IMG/VR virus record: IMGVR_UViG_3300042558_005646
DNA length: 64,000 nucleotides
Origin: a virus
Strand: one strand, 5' to 3'
The notes beneath the pieces were generated by a model. It made no database searches, was not told where the DNA came from, and worked only from the letters and a program-made list of their open reading frames with translations. A program made the translations under genes and the position numbers. Of the stretch, positions 10,066 through 19,049 are shown one piece after another (position 1 is the first letter of the stretch; the number at the start of each line of letters is the position of its first letter).

Positions 10066-12435
10066 TTATAGATATTCCGAATTACCCTCTCCCATACCTG
10101 TTCTTCGCTTAATTACTTTAATTAACACGTTTAAACAATCTTGAGGATGATCATTCAATTCTTTATCTGTAAATCTGATGATAATCCAGCCATTTGCAGC
10201 CAATTCAGAATCTCTACGTTTATCTTTTGCAATTTTGTCTGGGTTATTATGCCAAATTTCACCATCTGCCTCAATTCCAAGTTTCAAGTTTGGAATAGCT
10301 GCATCTAGTTGATAATCCATTGTAGGACCAGCAGAATATTGTGCATATAAGGGAAAAGGCATGTTTAAAGACATCATCAGTCCATAAAGTTTCTTTTCAA
10401 GATTAGTAAACATTTTTGGTTGCTGAGAAACATCTACTTTCTTTTTTGCATATTTTTTTATTGAATCGTTTTCGTTGCTGGCAAATTGATAAATCTCTTC
10501 TAGAGCATAATTATTTAATGGATGAGAATTATCACCACCCATAATTGGTATATACAAAGTGCCGAATAATCCATCATATTCATCTGGTAAAGGACCTAAT
10601 GATCCTCTGCCTGTTACTGGAGTTAATGATTTCAAGAAACCTTCATGGGCTGCAGATTTGATTTTCTTGCTAGCAGTTCTTACGCCTGAATTTTTTGCCT
10701 CTATTCTTTCAGTGTAAATTTCATTAATTGTAGAACTAGCAACTTTGTAGAACTTATTCATTACAGAAGCTGTAGGTGCAGCTCCTGGAGCGGCAGGTGC
10801 AGGAGGTGGAGCACCACCAGCAGGAGGCGTACCACCAACTGAAAGATCAGCAGGAGGTGGCATTCCTTCAATACCAGCAGATGCATTGGGTGTTGCTGCT
10901 CCAAAACCTTGCCCAGTAACACCACCACTCTGAAAACTTAATGAAACATTAGGAGTACCAAAAGATTGATCATTTACAAAGTTTGCACCTTGTTCAAATC
11001 TAAGTCTTTCAATTTCTTGATCAGAGTCAAGCCCGAAAGCTTCAATCAATGAAACGTTGGAAATCACTCCATTTTGATTTGCAGTGACAAGCATTTGCAA
11101 CTTACCAGTATCATCACGCAATTGCAGATCATCAAATTTGATTTTTGGATAGACTAATTCGTCTTGTCCTCTCTCGCCTTCAATTACAAAGCCATTCCAT
11201 TTTGCAACTGGCATGAAAACATTTTGTTCAATCCAATGGGCTACTTCTCTTCTAAATGTCTCTAATCTTTGAGCCATTGCAAGAAGTCCAACTTGAGCGT
11301 TTCCATAAGTTGGGCCCTCACCATTCAACAGAGCTTTGTTGAGCATAACGCCGTCTAAGATTTCTTGTTCAATAAGTTCAAATTCACCAGTTAGAGGATG
11401 AATTTTACCAGTAGCTCCATACCATTCAAGATCAAAATTGTGGTGAGTAACAAGAGTCAAGTTTGGATCATTGGCAATAGATGCCAATTCATCTTGCACG
11501 TTGTCAATATCTTCTTGTGATGCTGGTCTTGTATCACTACCAATCTTTACAACCTTGATTGGTAAGATAAGACGTTCTGCAATCATATATTGTGCTTGAC
11601 GTAATTTATCTTTGTAAGTTAAGATTGGAAATAATGGGCGAATCATAGAAATTCCATAATCTTCCCATGGGTTTGATCCATACTTAAAATGGTGGATAGA
11701 AATAGGATTCAACTTAATTGGATTACCCTGAATAATCATCTTTTTGATGTTGTCAGGAATTGAATCGTAAATTTCTTTAGGATTTCTTTCGTTTACAATT
11801 CTTATTTCTTCAGCAGATGGTCGATAAGCATAGCTTCCAGCTTGATCAATCATTCCTGGAGTTTTAATTACAGAATCTGGATTAAGAATTGAAATTGATT
11901 TCCAAGTAGCACCATCATGTTGACATTCTTGATTTTTGTCATCATCCCAGTTAGATCCATGACAATGTGGGCAGTCCAATGAAAGGAGCACAAAAGAATC
12001 ACCTAATAAGTGATATGTTTTGGAAATTTCTGGCAGCCATTTTTGAAAGTTAAGAGATTCTACTAACTTTTCAAAGTAATCTTTTACGTAAGATGAAGAA
12101 CATTCTAATTTCCATCCAGAGAAAGGATAGTTAGTATAGAAATTAATGGCTGCAGCAATTTTTGGTTCATTGTTTCTCCACCAGTTTGCCCAAAGATAAA
12201 CTTCACGTCGAGCATTTGGGATTTGAAACGATGATGGAGTAAGAAATGGTGAATAGAAGTTAGGAGCTGTAGTAACTGTGTTTATGCTTGCAGTTCTAGT
12301 GACGCTTGGTCCTAATCCTAGACCAATTCGACTACTTGCATAATTTCTCTCTACAGTAGTTGTGCTTGTTGGTGCTCCTGATACTTGTGTTGCTGCTGTT
12401 CTGATAGCAGAAGCCAATGATGTTCTATTTGCCAT
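10066..12435 (-). CDS. Portal protein fused to a C-terminal DUF559/Vsr-like endonuclease domain
   Basis: Portal-like core (IHHFK...PW..YG.SMIRP, ILPIKVVKIG, PKIKFDDL); Pro/Gly linker; C-terminal LDAAIPNLKLGIEADGEIWH...DKRRDSELAANGWIIIRF. Confidence 0.75.
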   Translation of the reverse strand: MANRTSLASAIRTAATQVSGAPTSTTTVERNYASSRIGLGLGPSVTRTASINTVTTAPNFYSPFLTPSSFQIPNARREVYLWANWWRNNEPKIAAAINFYTNYPFSGWKLECSSSYVKDYFEKLVESLNFQKWLPEISKTYHLLGDSFVLLSLDCPHCHGSNWDDDKNQECQHDGATWKSISILNPDSVIKTPGMIDQAGSYAYRPSAEEIRIVNERNPKEIYDSIPDNIKKMIIQGNPIKLNPISIHHFKYGSNPWEDYGISMIRPLFPILTYKDKLRQAQYMIAERLILPIKVVKIGSDTRPASQEDIDNVQDELASIANDPNLTLVTHHNFDLEWYGATGKIHPLTGEFELIEQEILDGVMLNKALLNGEGPTYGNAQVGLLAMAQRLETFRREVAHWIEQNVFMPVAKWNGFVIEGERGQDELVYPKIKFDDLQLRDDTGKLQMLVTANQNGVISNVSLIEAFGLDSDQEIERLRFEQGANFVNDQSFGTPNVSLSFQSGGVTGQGFGAATPNASAGIEGMPPPADLSVGGTPPAGGAPPPAPAAPGAAPTASVMNKFYKVASSTINEIYTERIEAKNSGVRTASKKIKSAAHEGFLKSLTPVTGRGSLGPLPDEYDGLFGTLYIPIMGGDNSHPLNNYALEEIYQFASNENDSIKKYAKKKVDVSQQPKMFTNLEKKLYGLMMSLNMPFPLYAQYSAGPTMDYQLDAAIPNLKLGIEADGEIWHNNPDKIAKDKRRDSELAANGWIIIRFTDKELNDHPQDCLNVLIKVIKRRTGMGEGNSEYL

Positions 12436-12468
12436 AACATATATTATACCGTTCTATAAAAATAGAAC

Positions 12469-13011
12469 TTAATACCAAGTTTGATTGGATGGTTTATTAC
12501 CGAAAAGGATAGGGTCTTGTTTACCTTTTAATGCTTGATAATATCCTTCACCATTCTTAAAATGTTGAAAGCTATTTCCTTTTTCAATTGAACCCATACT
12601 TTGTGGATCTCTATTATTGTTTTGCTGTCTTGAGCCTTCCAATTGATCTTCTAATGTTGTGACTTCAGGCGCATCATGATATGGAGAGTGTCTACGAGCT
12701 TCTATAGATGCAGATTGAGGGGAAATAATAAATTGTCCATTATTATCCATATTCATTCTATGAGGCCGTTGAACCAAGAGATCCCAAATTTCTTTTTGTT
12801 GTTCTTGATTCATATTGTAATATTGATCAAGAGTTTTGCCCATTTTATCTAAAATGCCAGCAAGTTCATCATAAAGTCCTGCAGGCTCATTGTCTACATC
12901 ATGAATTTCATCTATTTTAGAATTTGATGTTGAATCAATAGTGTCAAGAGGCTTTTCTCCTGACAAATTGACGCCACCACCAATTTGGGCTAAAACTTGC
13001 TTATACCACAT
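12469..13011 (-). CDS. Putative internal head protein with MWY leader
   Basis: Starts MWYKQVLAQ; contains LEDQLE; within the head cluster. Confidence 0.45.
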   Translation of the reverse strand: MWYKQVLAQIGGGVNLSGEKPLDTIDSTSNSKIDEIHDVDNEPAGLYDELAGILDKMGKTLDQYYNMNQEQQKEIWDLLVQRPHRMNMDNNGQFIISPQSASIEARRHSPYHDAPEVTTLEDQLEGSRQQNNNRDPQSMGSIEKGNSFQHFKNGEGYYQALKGKQDPILFGNKPSNQTWY

Positions 13012-14656
13012 CGTCGTATTCTTCTCTTTTAGATTCCATGATGTAATCTAAACCAAGTTCATCAGCAAATTTCTTAAGATCATCATCTGAAAATTGATGA
13101 CCAAAGCTATCTTCGTCTTCGTCATTCAATAAAGTTTCGATATTAACAGTGATCTTCTTGTTTTGTCTTGTATCTTCTAGTTGTTTATCCATAGGAACAT
13201 CAACTATATTTTTCTTTCTTGTTTCACCAAGAATTTGCTCTTGATTAAGTTCTTTTTTGGATGCAGTCTTATCTAACTGTTGAATAATGGATTCTTTTGG
13301 TTCAGCTTTGTCTTTGTTCAATTCATCTCTGTAATTGATTGGATCTTTACCGTTGACATTCAATTGATCAGCATAAGATTCTTCCATTTCACCACGATGA
13401 GTATAAAGTCCATCAGAATCAAGTTGATCTTCTAGTACTTCATCAGTAACAGATTCTTGGTTATTCAATTTTCTCAATAAAGCTTCAAGGTATTCTGTGC
13501 CTTTTTGTTCTTTTCTAGGAAGTTGTGAGTCAATTGTTTTCAAAGAATCAGATTGAGCTTGTTTAGGGCGCATAACAGGCTTGTCGCCTTGTTGATGGCC
13601 ATAACTGGATTGCTTGGCATCTGACAATTGTTTTTCCATTGAATCATCGACATTTTGTTTGCCTCTGATTTTATTAGCGCCCCTATCAGAATTGTCAAAT
13701 CTAGCTTCAAATCCAATTTCACCTTCAGTGAGTTTTTTGGATCTTTCGCCTTCCTTAAGTTCAAGAGCATTGGCTTCATTATCAGGATGCTTATGAACAT
13801 CAAGTCTAGCCATAACTTCATCATGAGATTGGAAAGCAACTTTAAGCCAATCTTGATATGCACAAGTTACAGTTCCATCTTTGCCAACTCTTGAGTCTAT
13901 ACAATTTTCTCTACACTTGGATATTTCCATAGGAATTGGAGCTTTGTATCCTTGCATTTTTCCTTTAGGACACAATAAATAAGGCTCATTGGCTTGTGTA
14001 AATAAAGTTGTATATGCAACTCTTCTATTTTCTTTTGGTGTGATTTCTGAATACCAATTGTGTAAATAGTTTGCAATTTTGACAGCTAAGTTTTTGTTTC
14101 CTGACAAAACAATTTTTCTAGCATTTGCAATTTTGCTAAGTCTAATTTCTGAAGAACAAAATGCTGTAAGTTTATCAAGTGTATTAATCGTTTCAATTTG
14201 CCAAAAACCTGATGACTTTTCACTATTCTTGTAAGCAACTCTTTCCATTCTAGCTGCTTCATTATCTTTGTTCAAGAAATTTTGAATAGCCATATATGCA
14301 TAACGGAGAGTATTTCTTTCTTCAGCAACTCTAATATTGTTTAAATTATTAAATGCCTGATGTAAATGATGATGTGCATCTTTTTTTGGAAGAGCTACTA
14401 TCTTCATAATGTGCTCAGGACCACCCATATTTTTGAAGGCTGAAATTACTGGATCATCACCAAAATCATCCATTCCTAAAACGTGAAATGGAGAAGACAT
14501 TGGCATAGAATCTCCATCTCCAAGACCTGATAAAGTATCTTGAAGCATACGAAGCAATCCATTACCACCAACTTCTGATTTTTTTTCTAAAATCTTTTCA
14601 ATTTTTTCAGGATCGTGTGTCTCGTATGTAGCTTTGATTTTATATCCTTTGTCCAT
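13001..14656 (-). CDS. Putative head protein with repeated ExQL motifs
   Basis: 551 aa; several [KR]VA/KTA sites, a Cys-rich segment and six E/D-x-Q-L-like repeats. Confidence 0.45.
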   Translation of the reverse strand: MDKGYKIKATYETHDPEKIEKILEKKSEVGGNGLLRMLQDTLSGLGDGDSMPMSSPFHVLGMDDFGDDPVISAFKNMGGPEHIMKIVALPKKDAHHHLHQAFNNLNNIRVAEERNTLRYAYMAIQNFLNKDNEAARMERVAYKNSEKSSGFWQIETINTLDKLTAFCSSEIRLSKIANARKIVLSGNKNLAVKIANYLHNWYSEITPKENRRVAYTTLFTQANEPYLLCPKGKMQGYKAPIPMEISKCRENCIDSRVGKDGTVTCAYQDWLKVAFQSHDEVMARLDVHKHPDNEANALELKEGERSKKLTEGEIGFEARFDNSDRGANKIRGKQNVDDSMEKQLSDAKQSSYGHQQGDKPVMRPKQAQSDSLKTIDSQLPRKEQKGTEYLEALLRKLNNQESVTDEVLEDQLDSDGLYTHRGEMEESYADQLNVNGKDPINYRDELNKDKAEPKESIIQQLDKTASKKELNQEQILGETRKKNIVDVPMDKQLEDTRQNKKITVNIETLLNDEDEDSFGHQFSDDDLKKFADELGLDYIMESKREEYDDVV

Positions 14657-14658
14657 AA

Positions 14659-15648
14659 TTATTTACCCAATCCTAAGTTTGATAATTCTTCTTTATCAAA
14701 ACCTCTATCCTGAAGTGCTGCCTTAATTTGTTTTAATTCTTCTGATACGCCTTTTTTATCTGCAGCATCTTTGAAATCACCTTGTTTGGTTGTTTTGGAG
14801 TAATCTTGTAAATCCATAAGAAAACAAGCTCTCATAATCAACTCAGGCGTAGATCTTTTTTCAAAATTTGGTTTTGCATTATAATCAAAAGCTGCAGTTT
14901 TTACTGAAGCATTCTTGTTACCTTTTTCTTCAGTATCATTTATCTGCTCTATTGTTTCTTCAACATCTTTAGTTTCTTTCTCGACTTCTTCTTTTTTGTC
15001 AAGTAATCTTTCAAGATCCACAACATTGGCAGTTTTTTTAGATTTTTTTGGTTTTTCTTCTTTATCTTTGCCTTGCTCTAGTTTTTTGTTGTATTCTTTA
15101 ACAATATCTACAGCACGTTCAATTGTCTCTTTATTCCAGTACTTGAGTTTTGAAATGTATCTAACAATATCGTTCTTTTCGACACCGTGATCAAGCAATT
15201 TACCCACTTTACCCATTAAAACACGGAATGGATTGCCTCTAGTTTTCTTTTTCTTTTTGACCTGTGCTGTTTTTGAATTGTTGTACACGTTTTTAGCCTC
15301 GGATAAATAAGTTTCTTCAATCTTATTCGCTATATCAGAATAGCTTGGATCTAATTCTTGAGTAATTGGATCTTTAGTTCTTGTTCTACTATTATTTGAC
15401 ATAATTAGTGCTTTAGATAACTTATATAATTGATGTCTTAAGCTTTCATCTTGCACTCTGTCTGCTATGACAGTAACTTCATCTGAAAGTTCACCGTAGT
15501 TCTCATTAGCAGATTTGACCTTGTTCATCAACTGTCTCATTTCATCTTTGGTTACACCTTCGGCATTTTCACCACTCAAGGGAATATTGTTAATCCCATT
15601 TGCAGGATTTGAAGCTAAAGGTGGTTCAATTTGAGACAGTTTATTCAT
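14659..15648 (-). CDS. Putative head-associated protein
   Basis: 329 aa; KTAQ, KTAN and KTAA sites; translationally coupled in the head operon. Confidence 0.45.
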   Translation of the reverse strand: MNKLSQIEPPLASNPANGINNIPLSGENAEGVTKDEMRQLMNKVKSANENYGELSDEVTVIADRVQDESLRHQLYKLSKALIMSNNSRTRTKDPITQELDPSYSDIANKIEETYLSEAKNVYNNSKTAQVKKKKKTRGNPFRVLMGKVGKLLDHGVEKNDIVRYISKLKYWNKETIERAVDIVKEYNKKLEQGKDKEEKPKKSKKTANVVDLERLLDKKEEVEKETKDVEETIEQINDTEEKGNKNASVKTAAFDYNAKPNFEKRSTPELIMRACFLMDLQDYSKTTKQGDFKDAADKKGVSEELKQIKAALQDRGFDKEELSNLGLGK

Positions 15649-16463
15649 TAATCTAAATCGTCAAAGTTTATGTCAATACTATTATAAATTTCATTAACAG
15701 TTTTAGCTCTATTTAGAGATTTACTGTTCATGTCATTTTGAATATTTTTCTTAATTGCTAATCTTTCATTTCTGATCTTTTCTTGATTTGCAATTCTCAT
15801 TGATTCTCTAGAATCCAGAGCAGATGGATCTATCATTCCAAATGTAGAATTGAATTCATTGTCAGATGATGTTCTTAAGATTGAATGTGCTCTTGAGGAA
15901 ACTACAGAAGATTGTCTCAAGTTATTTATTTGGCTTTCTTCCCAAGCTTTATGACGAGTTGCTTTAGCTTCTCTTACTCTTTGATTTTCAATAATCGATT
16001 GCTCGCTTGTAGAAGATTGAGAATTCAAGAATTCTTCAGAAATTGCAATCATATCAGGGTTGAAAATAGAAGCAGATCTTGACAACATTGCATTCATATA
16101 TTCATCTGCTGAAAATGCTTTTAAACCACTAGTTGTAGTTCTTGCAGTCTCACCAGAATCAAATTGTGATCCAGCTCTTCTGATTGCACCAAAATCCTGT
16201 GATAAAATTCTTTCTTCCATAGAGGTTTCTCTTAAGTCTTGATAAGTAGATGGACCTTGAATTTTTTCCCAAGATTTATTGATATTATTTGCTTCTTTTG
16301 TAAAACCAATATTTTGTTTAGAGATTGACTGTCTGTTGGCCGTAGAATTTCTTTTTAACTCTGCATAAGGATCTTCTTCAACTTCAACTTGAGCGCCAAT
16401 GAATCTCTTTTCCAAGAATGTTGGAATATTTTCGATTTCTGATACTTTTCTAAATCTGCTCAT
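15648..16463 (-). CDS. Putative head-associated protein
   Basis: Start reassigned to MSRFRKVS (AGGA RBS upstream). Confidence 0.45.
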   Translation of the reverse strand: MSRFRKVSEIENIPTFLEKRFIGAQVEVEEDPYAELKRNSTANRQSISKQNIGFTKEANNINKSWEKIQGPSTYQDLRETSMEERILSQDFGAIRRAGSQFDSGETARTTTSGLKAFSADEYMNAMLSRSASIFNPDMIAISEEFLNSQSSTSEQSIIENQRVREAKATRHKAWEESQINNLRQSSVVSSRAHSILRTSSDNEFNSTFGMIDPSALDSRESMRIANQEKIRNERLAIKKNIQNDMNSKSLNRAKTVNEIYNSIDINFDDLD

Positions 16464-16486
16464 GTTTATTATCCTGTTGTTACTTT

Positions 16487-16530
16487 TCAAGAATGTCCCA
16501 GGGCAAAAGCCCTGGGACTATTTTTCTTGA
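16487..16530. terminator. Strong hairpin (terminator or processing site)
   Basis: GTCCCAGGGC-AAAA-GCCCTGGGAC core, extendable by TCAAGAA/TTCTTGA. Confidence 0.7.
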
Positions 16531-16542
16531 GGATTATTTTTA

Positions 16543-17613
16543 CTACTTGTCGTATTTCTTGGTGAAGAGTGCATCAATCCACTCTTGATCACCATAACCA
16601 AGTTCATTTTTCCAGTAATCAATAATTCTGGAATAGTCTGCATCTGAAAGGGTTGCAACTTTGATCATTGAAGAAGCTGCAGCAACCTTTACATTTGTTT
16701 CAAGGCCAGAAGCAAGAACATTCTTGATATCGGATAAATTGTCAACTTCAGGTGTGGATGTTTCGCCTAATCTAGCATTTACATACTCAATTGGGAAACC
16801 TTCTGCTAAAGCCTTAGCAGCAAATGCTCTTCTTGCAGCAGATGAGAATGCTTTAACTTCCTTCATTTCTGAATCCTTTCCGCATTCACATTTTTTGCCA
16901 GCATAAACTCCGCCACATTTTTCACATTCTTTGTCCATAGCTGCTTCTTTCTTTTCTTCCATCTTTTCAGCAACTCTTTGAACCAAGGATTCTCTGTAAG
17001 CTTTTCTTTGTGCAAGCTTTACATTTGCCTCTTGTTGTGCTTGTACTTGGCGCTCGATTTTGCCAGCTAATCTGACTCTTCTATCATGACGAGCAGCAAG
17101 GATAGCATTCTTGAGATCTTCATCACCAGCAGCTACAGCAGCTTCTACTGCTTCAGCTGATAATTGTGATGCATGGTTGAAGTGAAAAGCCTTCTTTTCA
17201 GCTTTAGACTTAGGACCTTTTCTCTTCATAGGACCTTTGTCAGCTTTTTCTTCATCATCATGACCTTCGTCTTCATCTTCATCTTCAGAATCTTCAGACT
17301 TCTTCTTGCCCTTGCCATTCTCTTCCATCCACTTTCTCAAGCCTTCTGGAAGACCTTTCTTGGCTTCTTTGCCCATACCTGATTTGTGATCCATCCCAGA
17401 TTCAGCGTCATGATCATCGTGATCTTCGCCTTGTAATCTATCGACTTCTTCATCACCAATAGCGTCGATAAGAGCTTTGAGACCCTTGTTCTCTTTAGGC
17501 TCTTTGGCTTCAGCTAATCTTTGATTAAAGTTGTCCCAATCAATTCCTTGGAAAACCAAGTCAGAATCAAGAGGATCTTCTTGAAATCTGTTTGGGAAAA
17601 TTCTATCTGCCAT
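16543..17613 (-). CDS. Putative head/scaffold-like protein
   Basis: 356 aa, charged, coiled coil and CxxC...CxC; own promoter-like motif and strong RBS GAGGAG. Confidence 0.45.
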   Translation of the reverse strand: MADRIFPNRFQEDPLDSDLVFQGIDWDNFNQRLAEAKEPKENKGLKALIDAIGDEEVDRLQGEDHDDHDAESGMDHKSGMGKEAKKGLPEGLRKWMEENGKGKKKSEDSEDEDEDEGHDDEEKADKGPMKRKGPKSKAEKKAFHFNHASQLSAEAVEAAVAAGDEDLKNAILAARHDRRVRLAGKIERQVQAQQEANVKLAQRKAYRESLVQRVAEKMEEKKEAAMDKECEKCGGVYAGKKCECGKDSEMKEVKAFSSAARRAFAAKALAEGFPIEYVNARLGETSTPEVDNLSDIKNVLASGLETNVKVAAASSMIKVATLSDADYSRIIDYWKNELGYGDQEWIDALFTKKYDK

Positions 17614-17653
17614 AATTAATTTTTCTCCTCAAGAAAAAATACATTAAGAAAAT

Positions 17654-17680
17654 TTCTAAATTTAATGCTCAAATTCCTTT
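17654..17680 (-). promoter_or_regulatory. Putative late promoter AAAGG-N17-TAGAA
   Basis: AAAGGAATTTGAGCATTAAATTTAGAA. Confidence 0.6.
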
Positions 17681-17691
17681 AATGCATCTAT

Positions 17692-18072
17692 TTATGTTTT
17701 TTTACTCAAAATTAGTTTCTTGCCCTTCAAGAGCAATTTGTCTCCAATACCAATCTTTAGTTTTTTAAACAAGCCTTTATTTGCTTCTACAATAAATACA
17801 ACGTTGTTAGAATCTGGAGAAACAGATTTTGGATCATCTGCTTCCATATCTTTAAAGTCCACAATCTTATGATTTTTGTCTAAAAAAGCTAAAGAAAGTG
17901 GAAATGACACATTCTTATTCCAAAAAGAATAACAATCAGGATAATCAAAAGTAAAATAAACTACTTCATATTCTCCCAAAGGTTCTGCATGCATCAATCC
18001 TTTACTTCGTAATTTATCAGTATCTGCTACAAACCTAACATCGAATTCATCACGGAATTCTTCATTAGTGAG
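17692..18072 (-). CDS. DUF192 domain, in frame behind the TGA of the upstream gene
   Basis: VADTDKLRSKGLM...FWNKNVSFPLSLAFLD...VEANKG; the conserved VADT...GLM segment starts upstream of the first start codon (17997). Confidence 0.7.
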   Translation of the reverse strand, partial: LTNEEFRDEFDVRFVADTDKLRSKGLMHAEPLGEYEVVYFTFDYPDCYSFWNKNVSFPLSLAFLDKNHKIVDFKDMEADDPKSVSPDSNNVVFIVEANKGLFKKLKIGIGDKLLLKGKKLILSKKT

Positions 18073-18564
18073 TCATGAACCAACTTTTTTAAATTTATTT
18101 GAAGATGCTTTCACACTTCTTGCGTCTTCAAGATCAAATCTATCTTTGGTTCTTTGCTTTCTAAATTCATTAACATTATCTATGCTCAAATAATGATCAC
18201 GTAATGCTAATCTTGCTCTTTCAGTCAATTCTACAGATCTACCATAACCTGTAAGTAATCCAGCAGTTTTCATAGCTAAAAGATCATTATCAGAAATTTC
18301 AGTAGGAACTCCACATACTTTGCTGTCTTTGTGTAAAGCAACATAGCTAGCAGCAGTAACTAAAGCATCTGTATTTGCATCAATTGACTTAAGCATTTCC
18401 AAATATTTTTCACTTAATTTAGCTGCTTCTGCTTTTTTAGGAGCTTGTGAAACACCAAGAAGTTGAATTTGAATATCAGAAAGTCCAAGACCTTCCATTG
18501 ATGGTCCGTCAAATAATTCTGCATGCAAATCTAAAGAGTGTACTGGCTTAATTGGTATAGGCAT
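18073..18564 (-). CDS. Putative head-cluster protein, possible readthrough partner of DUF192
   Basis: 163 aa ending KKVGS-TGA; AAAGGA RBS. Confidence 0.55.
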   Translation of the reverse strand: MPIPIKPVHSLDLHAELFDGPSMEGLGLSDIQIQLLGVSQAPKKAEAAKLSEKYLEMLKSIDANTDALVTAASYVALHKDSKVCGVPTEISDNDLLAMKTAGLLTGYGRSVELTERARLALRDHYLSIDNVNEFRKQRTKDRFDLEDARSVKASSNKFKKVGS

Positions 18565-18578
18565 AATTTTTTATTCCT

Positions 18579-19037
18579 TTATCTAATTGGTAATCTATTT
18601 TTCCAACCATTTCCTTCATCAACATTTTTCTGATAGGTTTCTTCCCAAGAAAATTTATCGCACAAATCAGCTCCGCTATGAATTGCCATAGATGGGCTTG
18701 ATGCTGGATTACCTGGGTCTACATAAGCAGGACCAGGAACATTATCAGGACCATGTAATTGTCCTTCTATATTTGCACCATCAGCTTCTCCACCCAAATC
18801 CATATATTCTTTTGGAACTTTTCTAGGATTTATTTTTTGTCTCCAATAGTCATTTTGTTTTGTTTCTTCTTCTATTTCCTCATATGGAACCAAAGAAACA
18901 TTTGGAGATTGAGTTATTGATTGCTGTGGATAATATTGTGCAATTTTTTCAAACAACTTATCTGACTTTAAGTATTCGCCAGATTTATCCAATCTTGAAC
19001 ATATTTTTATAATTGTTTGAATTGATTTAGCATTCAT
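18579..19037 (-). CDS. Putative internal head protein with LDxxG leader
   Basis: N-terminus RLDKSGEYLKSDKLFEKIAQ; contains IEGQL. Confidence 0.45.
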   Translation of the reverse strand: MNAKSIQTIIKICSRLDKSGEYLKSDKLFEKIAQYYPQQSITQSPNVSLVPYEEIEEETKQNDYWRQKINPRKVPKEYMDLGGEADGANIEGQLHGPDNVPGPAYVDPGNPASSPSMAIHSGADLCDKFSWEETYQKNVDEGNGWKNRLPIR

Positions 19038-19049
19038 GATTTTGAACCT

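Noticed and set aside
12451-12468. GTTCTAT-AAAA-ATAGAAC palindrome upstream of portal as a LexA-type operator
   Set aside because: Orientation and spacing do not fit GAAC-N4-GTTC; more simply overlaps the TAGAAC promoter element
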